A DNA stretch of 32,000 bases, taken from contig CP064993.1 in the NCBI GenBank assembly GCA_016699955.1, forward strand, positions 840,001-872,000, given 5' to 3'. The notes beneath the pieces are model-generated. The model did no database searches. It was not told the origin of the DNA and saw nothing but the letters and a program-made list of their open reading frames with translations. Of this stretch, positions 26,249-32,000 are shown piece after piece. How positions within the stretch are numbered: the stretch's first letter is position 1; every line of letters starts with the position of its first letter. The stretch comes from Candidatus Saccharimonadota bacterium (lineage in GTDB: Bacteria; Patescibacteriota; Saccharimonadia; Saccharimonadales; UBA4665). Both the position numbers and the translations under genes were made by a program.

Positions 26249-27442
26249 ATGACAAAACAACCATCTAGCACTAAACAAACTAAACCCCCTGTAGAAAATT
26301 GGGGTGATACTTCAATGCCACCTCGCGAAACGGTGACTGATACTACTGTGTATATTATTGGCTCAGCTGCGCTTGGTTCTAACAACATTAACGGAGAAAT
26401 AAATGACATGAAAGATTATCTAGTTAAAGAAATTCCTCCAATGGGTTTTGGCGCTAAAGACGCAAAGATAAGTTATACCAAGCAAAAAGCTGAAAAACGG
26501 CTTAGTGATGAAGTAGAGAGCATCGCAGTAGGTATTATTGAGAGCGGTTTTTGTATGGCTAAAATCACCGACAAAGACGATGGTTGTATGGACGGCCGAG
26601 GTGCCGTGTGGGCGACGTTTGCAAATGCGGCTGGTAAATTTGTCAAAAAATGGACGAAAGCGGGCGAGCATTTGCGAGCAAAAATAGCTGGTGCGGGCTA
26701 TCTGACAGCACTCTCTATGAAAAATGCTCTAGACAGCCATGTTAAGAGTGTCGATGAAGAGATTACAGAAGTGGCAGAGAAGCTTATGGGGGAAGGAGTC
26801 ATTTGCGGAACCCACATAGGAGATCATCAAAGTGATGAACTAACTGATTGTGGTGCAAATGATAATCTCGAAAAGATATTTAAGAACGGTATCGATTACT
26901 TTGGTAATATTACTAATGTAATACAGAAAATATATACGCATGTAGGTTTGGCATACGACGAATCGGCTGCTACTAGAGTTAAAGCCGGCTGGGCAGGCAC
27001 TGTGGAACATGAAAGCTATTTTAAAGGCAGCAACGGTGTCACTCGCTACAAAAGAATTATGGATTATATAGCAACGCAACAAAAAAAGATTGGCGCTGAC
27101 TATCCCATATCAACAAGCAAACATCTCAGGGGCGGACACAATGAAGCATTTGTTGTGTTAAACTTTTGCGAAGGTAAAAGCTTCTCTCAACCAGCGTTTA
27201 AAAAACAGCTACAGGAGCTACAGGATCAATTTCCAAACATATCAGAAGCTGAACTTCCCCAAGTATTTGTTGTTGATGTGCCGCGCATAGTGTTGCTTGC
27301 ACGGACAATGGCAAAAGGTCGCAAAGACAGCGATCGAGCATTTGACATTGCGCTCTTTGCAGGGGTTGCGTTTCAATTTGCGACCGCTGCAACCTTGACT
27401 GACGGAAGCCTCAGGACGTTTCTTGTTACAGAAAAATCTTAG
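26249..27442 (+). CDS. Hypothetical protein with Cys/His motifs (397 aa; alternative start at 26408 gives 344 aa)
   Basis: Long intact ORF in an AT-rich segment. Motifs are GCMDGRG, ICGTHIGDH, LTDCGAND and RGGHNEAFVV. ATG 26408 is preceded by GGAGA. Confidence 0.6.
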   Translation: MTKQPSSTKQTKPPVENWGDTSMPPRETVTDTTVYIIGSAALGSNNINGEINDMKDYLVKEIPPMGFGAKDAKISYTKQKAEKRLSDEVESIAVGIIESGFCMAKITDKDDGCMDGRGAVWATFANAAGKFVKKWTKAGEHLRAKIAGAGYLTALSMKNALDSHVKSVDEEITEVAEKLMGEGVICGTHIGDHQSDELTDCGANDNLEKIFKNGIDYFGNITNVIQKIYTHVGLAYDESAATRVKAGWAGTVEHESYFKGSNGVTRYKRIMDYIATQQKKIGADYPISTSKHLRGGHNEAFVVLNFCEGKSFSQPAFKKQLQELQDQFPNISEAELPQVFVVDVPRIVLLARTMAKGRKDSDRAFDIALFAGVAFQFATAATLTDGSLRTFLVTEKS

Positions 27443-27533
27443 CGAATCTCTGTATTGAAGAACGTGACTCTTTACAAAAGCGGGATATCTCTGTAAGCTT
27501 GAAGTATCACAAATAAGTGGAGGAATAATAACT

Positions 27534-28307
27534 ATGTTTCGTAAAAACAAACTCGCGATGCTCGTGAGTGAATTTTTGGGCACCGCCGTACTAGCCCTGG
27601 CTGTACTAGCAGTGACCCATTCACAACTAAGCTATCCGTATTTCGTCGCAACCGCAGCCGGTTTGTCACTGACGCTGCTGGTGGTAGCACTCGCCGGTAT
27701 TTCTGGTGCAGTGTTTAACCCGGCACTCACCATTGGGTTATGGACAGTACGCAAGCTACGTACATTGCAAGCGCTTAGCTACATTGCAGCACAGTTTGCC
27801 GGTGCAGCAGCTGCATGGTACCTTTTCGTTTACTTTACCGACCTAGGTGAAGCGAAAAACCAAGGCACGTACAGCGCAAAATTGCTTGTCGCGGAAGTGC
27901 TGGGAACGTTTGTGTTCTCCTTTGTAATGGCGGCTGCAATCTATCAAAAGCTCAACCTCGGTCTCAAGGCATTTATGATTGGTGGCGGTTTAACGGCTGG
28001 TGCGCTCATTGCATCACTTGGTTCTATGGGTCTTCTAAATCCAGCAGTTGCTTTCAGTATCCACCAGTTTGGCTGGGGTACCTATGTGCTTGGCCCAGTG
28101 CTTGGCGCGGTTATTGGTTTTAACCTATACAACCTGCTTTTTGTAGAAACAGAAGTTGCTGAAGCAGAAGAAGCAAAGGCCGAAGCTGCAGAAGATCGTA
28201 AGGCAAATCGTTCGGCGGTAAAAACAGTTTCTGCTCAGCGTGCTGCTGCTAAAAAAACGACAGCTCGCAAGGCACCCGTCAAACGAAAGACGGTCGCAAA
28301 GAAATAA
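27534..28307 (+). CDS. MIP-family channel (aquaporin/glycerol-facilitator type) with Lys/Ala-rich C-terminal tail
   Basis: Two NPA boxes (FNPALT and LNPAVA) and six hydrophobic segments. GGAGG is upstream. Confidence 0.9.
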   Translation: MFRKNKLAMLVSEFLGTAVLALAVLAVTHSQLSYPYFVATAAGLSLTLLVVALAGISGAVFNPALTIGLWTVRKLRTLQALSYIAAQFAGAAAAWYLFVYFTDLGEAKNQGTYSAKLLVAEVLGTFVFSFVMAAAIYQKLNLGLKAFMIGGGLTAGALIASLGSMGLLNPAVAFSIHQFGWGTYVLGPVLGAVIGFNLYNLLFVETEVAEAEEAKAEAAEDRKANRSAVKTVSAQRAAAKKTTARKAPVKRKTVAKK

Positions 28308-28326
28308 TCAAATAGTATTTAATGCA

Positions 28327-28356
28327 TAAAAAACCGCCCATAACGAGCGGTTTTTT
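28327..28356. terminator. Bidirectional rho-independent terminator between the MIP gene and the helicase gene
   Basis: AAAAAAACCGC-CCATAACGA-GCGGTTTTTT. Confidence 0.7.
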
Positions 28357-28438
28357 AGTACGGTGTAGCCTTTTCGACGTAATAGATAAAAGTAACTCAG
28401 GGCTGCTCCAATATGAGTCTGAGGGGATGCGAAAGTTC

Positions 28439-31400
28439 TTACTGAGGTCTCGAGTCAATAAGCCAATTTTCAAATGCTGTCATGTCTTTCATGGAGTCGC
28501 CGTAGGCGGTTGTGTCAGGCAGATTGAGCGTTTGTACGCAGTGCCACATTGCAGCTAGGAGTTGTTTTGTTCGCTCAACCTCTTGACTGGTAAACGTGAC
28601 GGCTTTTTGCATTATCTTTCCGTCGCTGCCTGGCTCGACAAACACAAGCCTCCCCTGCTCTACTGAGAAGCCGCGGTAGCTATGTGACCCTTCGACAAGC
28701 AGTTTGTAGCAGTAGAGTTGTAGTGTGTAACGGTGTAGCTTGGTAGGGTCTGTGCCGAGATGACCGGTTTTATAATCAACGACGGTGATTGTTTTGTTGG
28801 TTTTGTCAATTTCGAGCAAATCAATCTTACCCCCCAGGTGCACATTTCCGACCATGACTCCCTCATCTCGGAAAGATTTCTCGGCGACGTTTCCAGCATG
28901 AAAATCTTTTTCATGCTGCTTATAAAACGCTCGTAGCGTATGGTCGGCTCTGTCAGACTGCACCACTAGTTGCTCTGCACTCAGACTGGCCTGACTCAAG
29001 TATTTTTTGGCATGCTGGACCGCAGTGGTTTGTCCAGGTAGCTTGCCGCCAAGGTTCAGCTCATTTTGCATCCATTGCAGCGTTTCGTGTATGGCGTTGC
29101 CAAAACTGGCATCGATGCTCGGTGCGCTCGGGAATCTTAAAATAGTGCTGAGCAGGAAACTTTCTGGACCGCCGTATTTGAGGTCAAGAAAGTGCGTTAA
29201 GTGAGTGGGGCTGAGCTGGTACCGCTTCAACCGCTCCGCGAGTAGCTCGCTGAGTGGCGCTGCAGCGTTGTAGTGTCGTTGCTGCCAGTTCATAGACAAA
29301 GCCTCTAGGCTCGGCTGCTCGATGTCGTCATATATAACGAGTTGGTTATCAGGCGGTAATATTTGTATCAGCTTATTCTGGTTTTCACTGACTGCTTCAT
29401 TGAAATACTTGACTGCGTCAGTCGCCCGTCCGCTAAACGTGTATTCGTGGCTGGTTAGGTGTAGCCCGTACCTTGCACGGGTGACGGCAACATACAGCAG
29501 GCGCAGCCGTTCGTCGTTGGTACTGCCGGCGTGACGAATCGGTGCCAAATTGGCTGGAAGCGTCAGTTTGTTGCCCGTACCCGTTGCCTTGCTGCCCCAA
29601 ACACCGTTGTCGCAGGCAATTAGAAAGACGTGGTCAAACTCAAGCCCTTTTGCCTTATATACAGTCATAAGTTGTACGGCGTCGGAAGATTGGTTGTATG
29701 GACTGGTATTTAGCATTGGTTGCTCGGCAGTCTCGTAAGCTGCGACAAACATAAGTAAATCAGCAAGTTTTAGTTCTTGGCCTTCTCCGGTTTGATGTTC
29801 GCGCAGACGAGCGCGCAGTACAGTCAGTTGTGTTACAGTCTCGTACAGCACTGTTTCGCCGCGGGTTTTGAAGTAGTATTCGCGAAGCGGGCTGCGTACA
29901 CTTGGCAGCTCGCGGTCATGCGTTGAAACATCGGTTGTTCCGATAAGGGCATCCAGCAGGTACTCAACTGATTCGGTTTCCACTTTGCCGGCGAGCGTCA
30001 GTAGTAGCAAGGCGGCATGCTTAAACTCAGGACTTTTTAACAGTAGCTCACTCCAGGTTTTTTGTTCCTTACCTACCTGCCAAGACATTTGCCAAATGTC
30101 GGAGGTTGAGAAATCCCAAAAATCGTAGCTCAGTACTTCCGGCCAAAGGCTGTCGACTCGGGCGTGATTACCTTCGCGGAGAGCTAGGATGAGTTTGCTC
30201 ATGGTAAGAAGCTCACGGACAACTGGCGCACTTAGAATATTCTCGCGCTTTTCGTAACTCACTGCCAGTTCGCGACTTTGCAAGTAAGGTACGAGTGGCT
30301 CTAGATACTTGTGTTTTGGAGCCAGTACGGCAATTTGCGACCGTTTAACCCCCTGCTGAACTAGCTGGGCAATTTGATCTGCTACTGCTGTTCGTTCTGC
30401 TACGGCGCTTCGGTATGCATGCCGCGACAGCGATGCTTCAGGCAGCGCAGAGTTAGCCGCGAGGATGTGCTTTGTGACACCCTCAAAATGATGATGAAGG
30501 CGGGCTTCAATTTGCTCAGCGATATTTGAAGCAGTACTTATAATTTTCACCTGGGATCGATAATTTTCCTCTAGCGAAATTACCTGGACGTCACGGAAAG
30601 CATGATAAAAATCTAGCATGTTGCTGTACTCAGCTCCCTGAAACGCGTAGATTGCTTGGTCATCATCACCGACCGCCAACACATTTGGCTTGCCTTCGTG
30701 CGCGGGGTTGCTAGTTAGCAGCCGCACGAGTTTAAACTGCGCCGCATTAGTGTCTTGGAACTCATCGAGCAAAATAAATTGGTACTGTTCTTGAAGTGTG
30801 AAGCGTAAATCATCATTGTTTTCGAGCACGTTTATTGCCTGCAAAATCATATCGTCAAAGTCGTAAAGCCCTTTATTACTCAACCGCGCCTGGTATTGCT
30901 CAAGTACATCTGCGAGCGCAATAATACGTTTTGCTTCCAGCTCGCCCGCTATTTTGAACTGATTCTCGGTGTCTTTTACGAGCCATTTGTTTTTCCAGGC
31001 AGTCAGGGGTTTGGTCGAGTTGTCGTCATCGGCTTGCTCTAGCGCCCGCAGCAAATCAGATTGTGCGAGCTTTGCTATATCCTCAATAGTACCGACAGTA
31101 ACCTCTGGTTCGGGGTTTTTGCACTTTCAAGTAGGCTAACAATTGACTGATACAGCGGCCGTGCAACCGTTACCTTCCCTGGCATTCGCGCTCGGTAAGG
31201 TGCGAGCGTCGACGCAACGGCTGGTGCGGTCGCTTCGATGACTTTTAGGTTTCGGGCGGCAATGGCTCGCAGGTTGTCGGCGCTCAGCAGCCCGCGTTTC
31301 ACTTCGCTGATGGTGCTTACCAAATCGCCAAGATGGTGTCGAACTTGTTTAATTGGGCTGCGGTAGTCGGTTAATTCCAATATTTCTGAAAGTATTTGAC

Positions 31401-31761
31401 GTTTTCCGAGTTCGTCGACTGGTCGTTCAAGCCTTAGCTCGGTGAAATACTCGGGGAATCGGTTAATCACTGTGCTCCCAAACGCATGATATGTCCCTAT
31501 TTGCACATCGTAGGCAGCTTGGCCGATAATAGACAGCAATCGCTCGCGCATATTTTGCGCGCCACTTTCAGTAAACGTCAAACATAATATATTTTGTGGC
31601 AATGCATCTGTTACTTCCAAAATGTGCGCTGCGCGGGCGCTTAGGAGCTGTGTTTTGCCGGTTCCTGGCCCGGCTATGACAAGGACTGGCCCGTAGACCG
31701 CGTCAACTGCTGCGCGCTGCGCCGTATTTAATCGATTATATACATCTGTGAACTTGCTCAC
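28439..31761 (-). pseudogene. UvrD/PcrA-type helicase fused to a RecB-like PD-(D/E)XK nuclease, split by one frameshift (ORFs 31075-31761 and 28439-31054)
   Basis: The N-terminal ORF has AGPGTGKTQ and TFTESGAQNMRERL. The C-terminal ORF has LLDEFQDTN, VGDDDQAIYAFQGA, ENYRS, TVYKAKGLEFDHVFL, LLYVAVTRAR, and the nuclease motif GKIDLL...VVDYKTG...QLYCY. The frames rejoin in the A5C4 run (T5G4 on the plus strand) at 31112-31120. GAGGGAG is upstream of the GTG start. Confidence 0.85.
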
Positions 31762-32000
31762 TTCGCTCCCTCATTCTGTAGCAGCATCATTTCCCACAGT
31801 ATAACATTCCAGTAACTTAACTATGTGCGTCCGAGTTATCGGAATAAATACCTTACTGAACCACAGCCTGGTGTTAAGGGCCACTGTTAGCGTTAGGCGA
31901 GCGAGAGCGGTGCCTTTCCGGGCTAAGTAGCTTGCGGGGTGTTTTAGGCAAACTAGCTACAGATCGGGCAGAGATTTTCTCTGTCGAGCGTGCTACTCCA

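Overview
This is a compact bacterial chromosomal segment with about 38 genes, short or overlapping intergenic gaps and the standard genetic code (TGA is used as a stop). The CBS-less IMPDH, short ATP-synthase delta subunit, surface glycosidase/GT2/nuclease genes and tight packing fit a reduced-genome bacterium such as a Patescibacteria/Saccharibacteria-like organism. That placement is inference only.

Left 7.1 kb (1-7067): an AT-richer accessory region that abuts the 3' CCA end of tRNA-Asn(GUU). It holds a partial VbhA-like antitoxin with a Fic toxin, an orphan membrane protein, an S51 (PepE-like) peptidase, an intact IS30 transposase, an orphan 165-aa ORF, a hygromycin-B-kinase-like aminoglycoside phosphotransferase, and a frameshifted IS30 copy with perfect 13-bp terminal inverted repeats.

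Core region (7068-32000): smpB, a DnaC/IstB-like ATPase, two tandem paralogous GH-A-like TIM-barrel genes, a GT2 glycosyltransferase, a membrane-anchored SNase-type nuclease, a DAGK-like kinase, a CobO-like adenosyltransferase, a GNAT, a glutaredoxin-like protein and guaB-guaA. It continues with a complete F1Fo operon (atpZ-B-E-F-H-A-G-D-C), an AT-rich orphan divergent gene pair, a MIP channel, and a UvrD-type helicase fused to a RecB-like nuclease that is interrupted by one frameshift.

Main observations:
- At least 13 operon-first genes have a -10 hexamer 5-8 nt from the start codon and no Shine-Dalgarno, while operon-internal genes have GGAG-type sites. This points to widespread leaderless expression.
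- All three reading-frame breaks sit in homopolymer runs.
- Two families of intergenic repeats bound the gene modules of the tRNA-adjacent island.
- Several structured non-coding elements lie in the fic downstream gap, the guaB/atp intergenic region and the atpB/atpE gap.

I found no CRISPR array, rRNA or recognisable riboswitch.
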